Source: Candidatus Stammera capleta
GTDB taxonomy: Bacteria; Pseudomonadota; Gammaproteobacteria; Enterobacterales; Enterobacteriaceae
Assembly: GCA_036884335.1 (NCBI GenBank)
Contig: CP145599.1
Coordinates: 40,900 to 104,899 of the forward strand
Direction of reading: 5' to 3'
DNA length: 64,000 bases
A program made the position numbers and the translations under genes. Positions 53,964 through 64,000 of this stretch are shown one piece after another; the stretch's first letter is position 1, and every line of letters starts with the position of its first letter. Under the pieces are notes generated by a model that saw only the letters and a program-made list of their open reading frames with translations, searched no databases and had not been told where the DNA came from.

Positions 53964-54248
53964 ATGAAATATAAATATTTTTGAAATAAAGAAATTGCTA
54001 TTAATATAGCTAAAAAATATGATATAAAATTAAAAAAAATTCATTGAAAAATTATTTATTATTTTAGATCTTTTTATTTTAAAAATAAAATTTTACCTAA
54101 TATTAGATTAATTTTAATTTATTTAAATAAAAATAATAATAATAAAAAATATAATAGTATTTATTTATTTAAGTTATTTTCTATTAATTTATTAAAAACT
54201 ATTTCAGATATTTCTGGTTTGAAAAATAAATTAATAGTTTGTTTTTAA
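53964..54248 (+). CDS. tusE: sulfurtransferase TusE / DsrC-family protein
   Basis: 94 codons with two TGA. ..-W-NKEIAINIAKKYDIKLKKIH-W-KIIYYFRSFYFKN.. and the C-terminal SIYLFKLFS..ISDISGLKNKLIVCF parallel E. coli TusE (HWEVVRFVRDFYLEF.., SRYLYRLFP..KIAGLPKPVKCI), including the near-terminal Cys. Confidence 0.7.
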
Positions 54249-55849
54249 TATATTTTAATTTTATATTTTATTTTATATAAATTTATTATTTTAATAATTT
54301 TTTTAGTGAAAAGATGTAGTTTTTTATTAAATTTACTTTGTATAATTATATTTCATTTGTATTTTATATTTTTTTTTTTATTTAATTTTGGTTTATTAAT
54401 AAATATTTTTTTTTTAAATTTTTTTATTATATTTTTAGTTTTAGATCAAAAATATAAAAATTTTATATTATTTATTTTTTTTATTTTTATTGTTATTTCT
54501 TTTAAATAAGGAGGATATTTTATTATTTTTCTTTGTTTTATAATATTTAATATTATTTTTATATAGTTATTTTTTTTTATATATTTAAATATTTTATTTT
54601 TAGGATATTTTGTATAAAAAATTATTATTTTTTTATTTTTATTATTTATTTTTTCTATAAATTTAAAATATTTTTTTGTAAATATTTCTATTGATTTATA
54701 ATTTTCAGAAATAATATGTTTATCTATATTTAATATTAAAATTAATTTTATTTTTTTTTTAAATTTGAATTTTTTTGAAAATATAATTAGATTATTTATT
54801 TTTTTTTTTTTTATTTTTTTTTTATAAATTAAAAAATTTTTAATTTTATTTATATTTTTATATTTATTTTTTTTTAATATTATTAATATTTTTTTATTTT
54901 TATTTATATAATATATAATTTTATTTATTATTTTTTTTTTTTTTTTTTTATATATATATATTTTATTAAAGAAAAAATTTTTTTTTTTTTTAATTTTTAT
55001 AATTTTATATTTTTTTTTAGTTATATTATATATTGTATTTATCGATGGTGTTGTTGATTCTAATATTACATCATTTTTTTCTATTTTTGATCTTATTATA
55101 GAAAGATTTTTAGCATTATATAGTAATTTATTTTTATATAAATTATTATTTTCGTCAAATACTATTATTAATCCTAAATTTTTAAATGGAGTAAATATAG
55201 ATGATTTAGTTCCTATTATTATTTGTATTTTATTTTTTTTAGTTTTATTTCAAATATTAATTTTTTTTTTTATTTTTATTTTTGAATTTAATATTATAAT
55301 TTTTTTTTTTATTTTTTTTTTTATTTTTTTTTTTATTTTTTTTATTTTATTTTTTTTTGGTACTAAAATTAATATTTGTAATTTTTTTTTTATTTTTTTT
55401 TTTATTATTTTACATAATAATTTTATTTTATTATATTTATTATATTCTTTTATTAAATATATATTAGATTTTTTTTTTTTTATTTTTTTTTTTTTATTTT
55501 TTTTTTTTTTAATTTTTTCTATTTTATATTTTTTTTTATTTTTAGGTATTATATTAAATATAATTTTATTTATATTATAAAAATAATATTTTGAACAAAA
55601 ATTAATTAATTTAATTATTTCTTTATTTAAAATTGAATATTTATCAATAATTTTTTTTATTTTTATAATATTTTTAAATTTTAAATTTGTGTGTTTTTTT
55701 TTATAAATTTTTCATATTACTCCAATTAATTTTTTTTTATTTAAATTAATTATTATTCTTGATCCTATTTCTATTTTATTTTTATATTTTATTTTATAAA
55801 ATGAATTATTTGTTTTATTTTTTGGTAATATAGTTTTAATTATAAACAT
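54245..55849 (-). CDS. priA: primosomal protein N' (PriA), reduced and probably helicase-defective
   Basis: I translated the full minus strand with only TGA interruptions. Contains ..IEIGSRIIINLNKKKLIGVI-W-KI, QILILVPKK, IQIIIGTKSSIFTPFKNLGLIIVFDENNNLYKNK, ILESTTPSINTIYNI, ..IKYPPYL.. and ..YK-W-NIIIQSK, colinear with E. coli PriA. 534 codons. Confidence 0.8.
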
Positions 55850-55894
55850 AGTACAAATTTTTAAATTTTATTATAGATAAAAAAAATTATATAT

Positions 55895-56110
55895 ATGAAA
55901 AAAAATATACATCCTATTAAATATTTATTAAATTTAGTTTGTTCTTGTGGTGAAAATATTTGTATTTATTCAACATTAAAAAATAGTTTTTCTATTGATG
56001 TATGTTATAAATGTCATTCTTTTTATACAGGTAAACAAAAAATTTCTAGTATTAAAGGTAGAATAGAAAATTTGAAAAGACGTTTTGAAAAAATAAATTT
56101 TAAATATTAA
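55895..56110 (+). CDS. rpmE: 50S ribosomal protein L31
   Basis: Intact 71-aa ORF beginning MKKNIHPIKY. It has a Cys-containing zinc motif (CSCG...CYKCHSFYTGKQK). Confidence 0.9.
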   Translation: MKKNIHPIKYLLNLVCSCGENICIYSTLKNSFSIDVCYKCHSFYTGKQKISSIKGRIENLKRRFEKINFKY

Positions 56111-56116
56111 TAAATT

Positions 56117-56145
56117 TTAAAATCTACTTTAATAGTAGATTTTAA
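56117..56145 (+). terminator. intrinsic terminator hairpin between convergent rpmE and tpiA
   Basis: Perfect 12-bp stem TTAAAATCTACT / AGTAGATTTTAA (56117..56128 and 56134..56145) with loop TTAAT. It is followed on the plus strand by TTTTATTTTTTTATTTT. Confidence 0.6.
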
Positions 56146-56147
56146 TT

Positions 56148-56912
56148 TTATTTTTTTATTTTATTTTTATTTAAATTTTTTATTATTTTTATTATATTTT
56201 TTATATTTAATGTTAATTTTCCTATTAATAAACCGTTTATATATTTTTGTTTTATTATATTTAAATAATTATTTTCGTTTACTGAACCTCCATAAATTAT
56301 TTTGAATTTATTTTTTAAATTTTTATTTATATTAATTATATATTTATTTATGCATTTTATTATTTTATTTATATGTTTAATATTAGCAGTTTTTCCTGTA
56401 CCTATAGATCATATTGGTTCATATGCTATAATTGTATTTTCTAATATTTTAATATTACTTTTTTTAATAAAATATTTTATTTGATTTATACATACTTTTT
56501 TACTTTTTTTTAGATTGTATTCTTTTAAGTTTTCTCCTATACATATTATTGGTTTTAATTTTAATTTTTTTGTTATTAATATTTTTTTTAATAATATTTT
56601 ATTTTTTTCTTTATGATGTATTCTTCTTTCTGAGTGTCCTATAATTACATATTTTGTATTTATATCTTTTAACATTTTTCCTGATATTTCTCCTGTATAG
56701 GGTCCTTTAGTATGTATATCTATATTTTGTGATGTTATTTTAATATTATTATTTTTTGTTAATTTATATAAATAAAACATATACAAAATTGGAGGGGATA
56801 TTAAAATTTTTATATTATTATATTTATTATTTTTTATTTTTTTTATATAATTTTTAATTATTTTTTTTTTACCATTTAATTTAAAATTTAAAACTATTAT
56901 TTTTTTATTCAT
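56148..56912 (-). CDS. tpiA: triosephosphate isomerase
   Basis: Track ORF 56409..56912 contains ..IIGHSERR.. and AYEPI and ends in TGA 56409..56411. It continues W-SIGTGKTA..IIYGGSVN to TAA 56148..56150. 254 codons. Confidence 0.9.
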
Positions 56913-57007
56913 TTTTTTATATTATTTAATTTATATTAATTTTATTATTAAATTTATTAAATGTATATATAATTATAAATTAATTATTATTTTTTTATTT
57001 TATATTT

Positions 57008-57937
57008 ATGATACATAATTCAGCTTTTTTAAAAGATATTGTTAAATATTTAAATTTAAAAAAAAATGGTATATATTTAGATTGTACTTTTGGTTGTGGT
57101 GGACATTCATTAGAAATATTGAAAAATTTAAATAAAAATGGTAAATTATTGTCTTTTGATTTAGATCCTAAATGTAATAAATTTTCTGTTAATTTATTAA
57201 ATAAATATAATAATTTTTTTTATGTTAATGATAATTTTATTAATATTGATAAATATGTTAATAAATTATTTAATTCTAAAATAGATGGTATATTATTTGA
57301 TTTAGGTATATCTTCTTACCAATTAGATGATTGTTTAAGAGGTTTTTCTTTTATGAATAATGGTCCTTTAGATATGAGAATTAATCAAAATATTGGTTTT
57401 AAGGCAAGTTATTGATTAAATAGAGCTAGTAAATTTAATATATTTAAAGTAATAAAATATTTAGGTGAAGAAAGATGTGCTATGTCTATTTCTAAAAAAA
57501 TATGTATAGAAAGAAAATATAGATATATTAATACTACTGAACATTTATCTAATTTAGTAAAAAGTGTAGTTAAATTTAATAATTTTAATAAGAATAAATC
57601 AACTAGAACTTTTCAAGCAATACGTATATTTATTAATAATGAATTATTTAATTTAAAGTTAGCTTTGAAGAAAGCTTATAAATTATTATCCTCTAAAGGT
57701 AGATTAGTAGTTATTAGTTTTCATTCTTTAGAGGATAGAATAGTTAAAAATTTTATAAATAGAAAAAGTAATAATAAATTATGTTTATTAAATAAATTAC
57801 CTTTAACTTATAAACAAATAAATAAATTTTATCCTATTAAAATGTTAAATATAGGTAAAATAAAACCTAAATATAAAGATATTATAATTAATAATAGAAT
57901 AAGAAGTGCTGTTTTAAGAATTGCACAAAAAATTTAA
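57008..57937 (+). CDS. rsmH: 16S rRNA (cytosine1402-N4)-methyltransferase
   Basis: Contains GIYLDCTFGCGGHS, DLGISSYQLD and GPLDMRIN. Pieces 57008.. and 57482.. share a frame. 309 codons. Confidence 0.9.
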
Positions 57938-57944
57938 ATTTTTA

Positions 57945-58250
57945 TTATTTATTTGGATTAATTTTAATTATTAAATATTTAATATTTTTGTTTATAATTG
58001 ATATTATTTTTTTTTTTTTTTTATTTAAATATATTTTTCATATTGGATTTGATATTTCAAAAGTTAAAGTATCTTTATTGAAATTTATTATTTTACATTG
58101 TTTTTTAATATATTTAGGTATTATTTTTTTTATTTTTTTATTTAGATTTTTTATGTTTTTATATTTTTTTATTATTTTTTTAAAATTATAAATATTTAAT
58201 TTTTTTTTATTTAATATATTTATTATTAATTCTGGTTTTTTTTTATCATA
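57945..58250 (-). CDS. hypothetical protein, tentatively DUF721/DciA-like; open frame without a canonical start codon
   Basis: My codon-by-codon minus-strand translation gives 101 sense codons between TAA (complement of 58251..58253) and TAA (57945..57947): YDKKKPELIINILNKKKLNIYNFKKIIKKYKNIKNLNKKIKKIIPKYIKKQCKIINFNKDTLTFEISNPI-W-KIYLNKKKKKIISIINKNIKYLIIKINPNK. There is no ATG, GTG or TTG. The first table-4 alternative starts are TTA at 58227..58229 and ATA at 58224..58226. Confidence 0.35.
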
Positions 58251-58337
58251 TTAATGAATTTTAAATTTATTTATATTATAATTAATTATATTATATAAAT
58301 ATAATATTTTTATTAATTTAGAGTAAAATTTTTTTAT

Positions 58338-60848
58338 ATGTTTTATAAATTATTTTCATATATTTTTAATTTAAGTAATAGATTTAAATTTATAAATTTA
58401 CAAAATTTAGTAAATAAAATTAATGATTTAGAAAAATATTTTGTTAATTTAAATGATAGTAAATTAAAATATAATACATTTAAATATAAATCTATTATTA
58501 ATAAGAATAATATAGATAAATTTTTACCTGAAGTTTATGCTAACATTAAAGAAGCTATAAGAAGAGTATTTAATATTAAATTATTTGATGTTCAATTATT
58601 GGGTGCTATAGTTTTACATAAAGGTTATATAGCTGAAATGAAAACTGGTGAAGGTAAAACTATTACATGTACTTTACCTGCTTATTTAAATTGTCTTTTA
58701 GGTAAAGGTGTTCATATTGTTACTGTAAATGATTATTTAGCTAAAAGAGATTATGATAATAATTATGAATTATTTAAATTTTTAGGAATTAAAATAGGTT
58801 TAATATTATCAGATATGTCTTTGATAGATAAAAGAAAATCTTATTTATATGATATTACTTATGGTACTAATAATGAATATTGTTTCGATTATTTAAGAGA
58901 TAATATGTGTTATAATAAGAATGATATTGTTCATAGAAAATATTTAAATTATGCTATTTTAGATGAAGTTGATTCAATATTAATTGATGAGTCTAGAGTT
59001 CCTTTAATAATATCCAAATCTGAATTTTCTAATAATGATATTTTTTATAAAATTAATAAAATTATTCATTTTTTAAAGGTAAAAGATAATAAAAATAAAT
59101 TTGGTGATTTTATAATAGATGAAAAATTTAAAAATATTTATTTAACTGAAAATGGTATTAATAAGGTTGAAGAATTATTAATTAAAAATAATTTTATTAG
59201 TGATATTAAATATTTTTATAATTTTTATAATATTAAATTCATTAATTATATTATTTGTTCTTTAAAAGCTAATTATTTGTTTAATAAAAATGTTGATTAT
59301 TTAGTTAAGGATGATGATATAATTATAATAGATGAATTTACTGGAAGAATGGTACCTGGTAAAAGATGATCAGATGGTTTACATCAAGCAATTGAAGCTA
59401 AAGAAAATGTTACTATAAAAAATGATAGTAAAATATTGGCATCTATAACTTTTCAAAATTATTTTAAATTATATAATAAATTATCTGGTATGAGTGGTAC
59501 AGTTTTAAGTGAATCTTGTGAATTTAGTTCAATATATAATTTAGATACTATAGAAATTCCAACTAATAAAGTTATTAAAAGAAAAGATTTTTTTGATTTA
59601 GTTTATTTAAATGAAATTGAAAAGATTAAAGCTATAGTTAAAGATATTAAATATAGATATAAAAGGAAACAACCTGTATTAGTGGGAACAACTTCAATAA
59701 GTAAATCTGAATTAATTTCTAAAGAATTAAATAAAAATAATATTAAACATAATATTTTAAATGCTAAATTTCATAAATTTGAAGCTAAAATTATTTCTCA
59801 AGCTGGTAGTTTGGGTTCTGTAACTATTGCTACTAATATGGCTGGTAGAGGAACTGATATTATTTTAGGTGGAAATTTATCTAATTTATTAAAAAATAAA
59901 AATTATAGTATTAAAAAAATTAACAAAATAAAAAAAAAATGATTTTTAGATAATAAATTAGTTATAAAATTAGGTGGATTACATATTATAGGTAGTGAAA
60001 GACATGAATCTAGAAGAATTGATGATCAATTGAGAGGTAGATGTGGAAGACAAGGGGATCCAGGTTCTACTAGGTTTTATATATCTTTAGATGATTATTT
60101 AATAAGAATTTTTTTATCTAAAAAAATAATAAATTTTATAAAAAAAATTAATGTAAGTAGTGATAAATTTATAGAAAGTTATTTTGTTTCTAAATCTATA
60201 GAAAATGCTCAAAGAAATATTGATTTTAGAAATTTAGAGATTAGAAAAGAATTATTAAATTATGATAATATTACAAATAAACAGAGAATTATAATATATA
60301 AAATAAGAAATAAAATATTATTTTCTAATAATTTAAATATAAAATATAAAGTTATAATTAAGGATTTAGTTGATAAAATTTTATCTAAATTTAATATTGA
60401 TAATTTTTTATTATATTATAAAGATATTAAAAATATTATATATGTTAATTTTAATTATAATATTAATTTATATTTTTTTAATGAATTAAATTTTTATAAA
60501 TTTAAAAAATTAATTATTTGTAAATTAATATATTTATATAAAAGAAGAATTTATTTTTTAGGTTTTAATTTATTTTGTAATATAGAAAAAAATATAATGT
60601 TAAAAATATTAGATTGTTATTGAATAGAATATTTATCTTATATAAATTATTTTAAAGAATATGTTTATTTAAGAAGTTATGCACAAATGGATCCTAGAGA
60701 AGAATATAAAATAGAAACTTTAAAAGTTTTTTTAAAGATGTTAGATAATTATTATTTTGAAGTTATAAAAATTATATTTTCTTTACCTAATAATATAAAT
60801 AGTTTGAATAAATTTTTATTAGATTTTGAAATTAATATTGATATTTAA
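58338..60848 (+). CDS. secA: protein translocase ATPase SecA
   Basis: Three track pieces share one frame. Contains [35 protein letters not shown] and [31 protein letters not shown]. 836 codons; TAA at 60846..60848. There is no C-terminal Cys-rich tail. Confidence 0.95.
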
Positions 60849-60871
60849 TAATTTATTTTAATTTTAATTAT

Positions 60872-61969
60872 ATGGAAAATTATAAAGTTTTACCTTTAAA
60901 ATGAAGACCTAAATCTTTTGAAGATTTTGTAGGAAATGAAAATATAATTAAGGTTATATTAAATAGTTTAATAAAAAAGAAAATATATAATACATATCTT
61001 TTTTATGGACAAAGGGGTGTAGGTAAAACTAGTTTATGTAGATTATTATCTAAAAGTTTAAATTGTATTAATAATAATAATAATGATAATTATTTTTGTT
61101 CTAAGTGTATAAATTGTATTTCAATTGATAAAGGTAAATCTTTAGATGTATATGAAATAGATGGTGCTTCTAAATCTAAAATAGAAGATATAAAAGATAT
61201 ATTAGATAATATTTATTATTTACCAGTTAGTATGCGTTATAAAATATATATTATAGATGAAGTTCATATGTTATCTCGTTATAGTTTTAATTCTTTATTA
61301 AAAATATTAGAAGAACCTCCTAAATATGTTAAATTTATATTAGCTACTACTGAGTTTAAAAAAATACCAAATACTATTTTATCTAGATGTATGAGTTTTT
61401 ATTTAAAACCTTTAAGTGTTAATAATATATTATCTAGATTAGTATTAGTTTCAGATAATGAATCTTTTAGTTATGATATTGATGCTTTAAAACAAATATC
61501 TATTAATTCTAATGGTAGTTTAAGAGATGCTTTAATTTTGTTAGATCAATTATCTTTAGTAAATAATAATATTAAATTAAAATATGTTAATTATTTTTTA
61601 AATATTATAAATGATAAATATATATTTGGTTTTTTAAGTAGTTTATTTTTAAAAAATTATAATAAAATTTTTTATTATTTGTATTATTTTATAAATAAAA
61701 ATATTGATTATGAAAATGTTTTGTCTAGTATAATTGATAAATTGTATAAATTATTATTAATTAAAATAATAAAAAATATAGATTATAAAATGTTTGATAT
61801 TAATAATTTTAATAAATTAAATATTTTGAATTTAAGTAATTTAGTATCTAAAAAATGTATTAAATATTATTATGAATTATTTTTTTTTGGTTTTATTAAT
61901 TTAGTTAATAGTTATAATAAAAAAATGTTTTTTGAATATTTAATTATAAAATCTATTTTTTATAAATAA
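60872..61969 (+). CDS. dnaX: DNA polymerase III subunit gamma/tau, short form (clamp-loader core only)
   Basis: Begins MENYKVLPLK-W-RPKSFEDFVGNE. Also has YGQRGVGKTSL, a CxxCxxC zinc module, YIIDEVHMLS and ILSRC. 365 codons. Confidence 0.9.
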
Positions 61970-62047
61970 TTAATTTTTTATTATATATTTTATATATATA
62001 ATATATTTATATGTTTTAAATTAATTATATATATAAAATATAATGAA

Positions 62048-62052
62048 TAGGA
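62048..62052 (+). promoter_or_regulatory. Shine-Dalgarno-like TAGGA upstream of htpG
   Basis: TAGGA lies 6 nt upstream of ATG 62059, in an otherwise nearly G/C-free 89-nt spacer. Confidence 0.45.
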
Positions 62053-62058
62053 ATTAAT

Positions 62059-63939
62059 ATGAGTAATAAAAAAAAATTTTTATTTAAATCAGAAGTTAAA
62101 GAGTTATTAAATTTAATGATTAATTCTCTTTATTCTAATAAGGATATTTTTTTAAGAGAGTTATTATCAAATTCTTGTGATGCTATAGATAAATTAAGAT
62201 TTTTTTTTATTTCTAATAAGGATAAAAGTATTAAATTTAATGATAATTTTTATATAAGATTATTAATTAAAGATAATAAATTAATTATTAGAGATAATGG
62301 TATAGGAATGAGTTATAATGAAGTAATTAATAATTTAGGTACTATAGCAAAATCAGGTACTAAAGAGTTTTTAAAAAAAAATATAAATAAAAATAATAAT
62401 AAGTTTGGTAATAATTTAATAGGTAAATTTGGTGTAGGTTTTTATTCTTCATTTATAGTTTCAAATAAAGTTAAAGTTCATACTAGACATATATTAGAAA
62501 AAGATGAAAATAATTCTATTTTATGGTCTTCTAGTGGAAATGGTAAGTTTTTTGTAAAAAATTTATATAAAAAAAGATATGGTACTGATGTAATATTATA
62601 TTTAAAAGAATCTTGTAAAGATTATTTAAATAAAGATAATTTATTTAAAATTATAAATAAGTATTCTAATTATATTAATATTCCTATAGAATATAAATTT
62701 TTTAATAAAGATATTAAAAAATATGAATGAAAAAGAATTAATAAATATGATGCTATTTGGTTAAAAGATAAATCTATTATTAGTGATAAAGAATATAAAG
62801 ATTTTTATTATAATTTAACTAATAATTTAGGTAATCCTATAATATGATCTCATAATAAAGTAGAAGGTTTATATAATTATATAAGTTTATTATATATTCC
62901 AGATACTTCTCCTTGAAATATATGAAATAGAGATGACTATAAAAATAGTATTAAATTATATATTAAAAAAATTTTTATTATGGATGATATAAAAAATTTA
63001 GTTCCTTATTGTTTTCGTTTTGTACAAGGAATTATAGATACAGATGATTTGCCATTGAATATTTCTAGAGAAATATTACAAAATAATGATTATTTTAAAA
63101 AAATAAGTATAAGTATAACTAATAGAATTTTTAAAATGTTAAATGTTTTATCTTTAGATAAAGATAAATATTTATTATTTTGGAAACAATTTGGTTCTGT
63201 ATTAAAAGAAGGTTTAGCTGATACAAATATAGATAAAAATAAAATATCTAATTTACTTAGATTTAATTCTTCTAAATTTGATTCTAATGTTTTTGTATCT
63301 TTAGATGATTATTTAAATAGAATGAAAATAGGTCAGGATAAAATTTTTTATATTACTAGTGATAATTATATTTCAGCAAAAAATAGTCCTCATTTAGAAT
63401 TATATAATAAAAAAGAAATTGAAGTTTTATTTTTATTAGATAAAATTGATGAATGAATGATGAATTATTTAAATGATTATAAATTAATTAATTTTTGTTC
63501 AATTAATAAAGATAATATAGATTTAAATAATATTATATCTAAGGATAATAAAATAGTTAATATAGATAAAAATGATAATATTTTTTTAAATAGAATTAAG
63601 TTGTGTTTAGGTGATTTAGTTAGGGAAGTTAGAGTAACTAATTGTTTAGATAAGTTTCCTGTTGTTTTAGTTACAGATTCTAAAGATATAAGTACTCAAA
63701 TGTTAAAATTATTAAAAGCTACAGGTAAAGATATACCTAAAATAAAATATTTTTTAGATATTAATATTAATCATATTTTAATTAAATATATTAAAAGTAT
63801 AAAAGATGATATTATATTTAAGAAATGAATAATGTTTATTTATTATCAAGCACTTTTAATAGAAACTAATTCATTAGATGATTCAGTAAGTTTTATTAAT
63901 TTAGTAAATGATTTAATTAATGGTTTTATAATATTATAA
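62059..63939 (+). CDS. htpG: molecular chaperone HtpG (Hsp90)
   Basis: Contains FKSEVKELLNLMINSLYSNKDIFLRELLSNSCDAIDKLR and GKFGVGFYSSF. All track pieces (62059.., 62980.., 63457..) share one frame through TGA codons. 626 codons; TAA at 63937..63939. Confidence 0.95.
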
Positions 63940-64000
63940 TGAATATAATTATATTAGGTCCTCCTGGTTCAGGTAAAGGAACTCAATCTTTTTTTATTAT
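63939..64000 (+). CDS. adk: adenylate kinase (3' end outside the window)
   Basis: MNIIILGPPGSGKGTQSFFI carries the P-loop GxPGxGKGT. The ATG overlaps the htpG TAA by 1 nt (TAATG). Confidence 0.85.
   Translation, partial: MNIIILGPPGSGKGTQSFFI

Noticed and set aside
57988-58191. Plus-strand 67-aa TTG-start ORF between rsmH and secA; considered as an FtsL-like small membrane protein
   Set aside because: The strand is T-rich, so an open frame of this length is not surprising. The opposite strand carries a much longer and statistically less likely open frame with the normal A-rich coding composition.

Overview
This window is an extremely A+T-rich, almost gap-free piece of a highly reduced bacterial genome of the insect-endosymbiont type. 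It reads UGA as Trp (translation table 4). The ORF track was computed with TGA as a stop, so many genes appear as 2-4 fragments. When the fragments are re-joined across in-frame TGA codons, which fall at conserved Trp positions, almost every base is explained. I count about 70 protein genes, RNase P RNA, one tRNA-Arg(UCU) and one convincing terminator hairpin. The content is core information processing. It starts with fusA-tuf and a complete S10-spc-alpha ribosomal protein cluster (rpsJ to rplQ, with secY and rpoA, but without rpmD). It also holds six aminoacyl-tRNA synthetase genes (glyQ, glyS, ileS, hisS, cysS, serS). Replication genes are dnaB, ssb, priA and dnaX. tRNA and rRNA modification genes are mnmA, tusE, tsaB, dus, rsmA, rsmD and rsmH. 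Other genes include secA, pgi, tpiA, glyA, folD and trxB. There is also a dense proteostasis set: rpoH, dnaK, dnaJ, hslV, hslU, htpG, clpP, clpX and lon. I found no mobile elements, CRISPR arrays, defence loci, toxin systems or secondary-metabolite loci, so I do not claim a novel multi-gene system. The most interesting signals are signatures of genome erosion and recoding. (1) A stop-free 101-codon minus-strand ORF with no canonical start sits in the 400-nt scar between rsmH and secA, where the whole dcw division cluster is missing; it is tentatively DciA/DUF721-like. (2) The PriA homologue has a degenerate Walker A motif and has lost the Cys-rich zinc region. (3) Three ATGA overlap fossils show an ancestral TGA stop, now sense, extending the upstream gene into its neighbour. 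(4) ClpX has no zinc-binding N-domain, and DnaX is limited to the clamp-loader core. (5) Lon carries an in-frame 15-nt tandem repeat. (6) An orphan 113-codon ORF lies next to rnpB. Composition, recoding and gene set fit the Zinderia/Nasuia/Vidania class of symbionts. That lineage assignment is an inference, not a database result.
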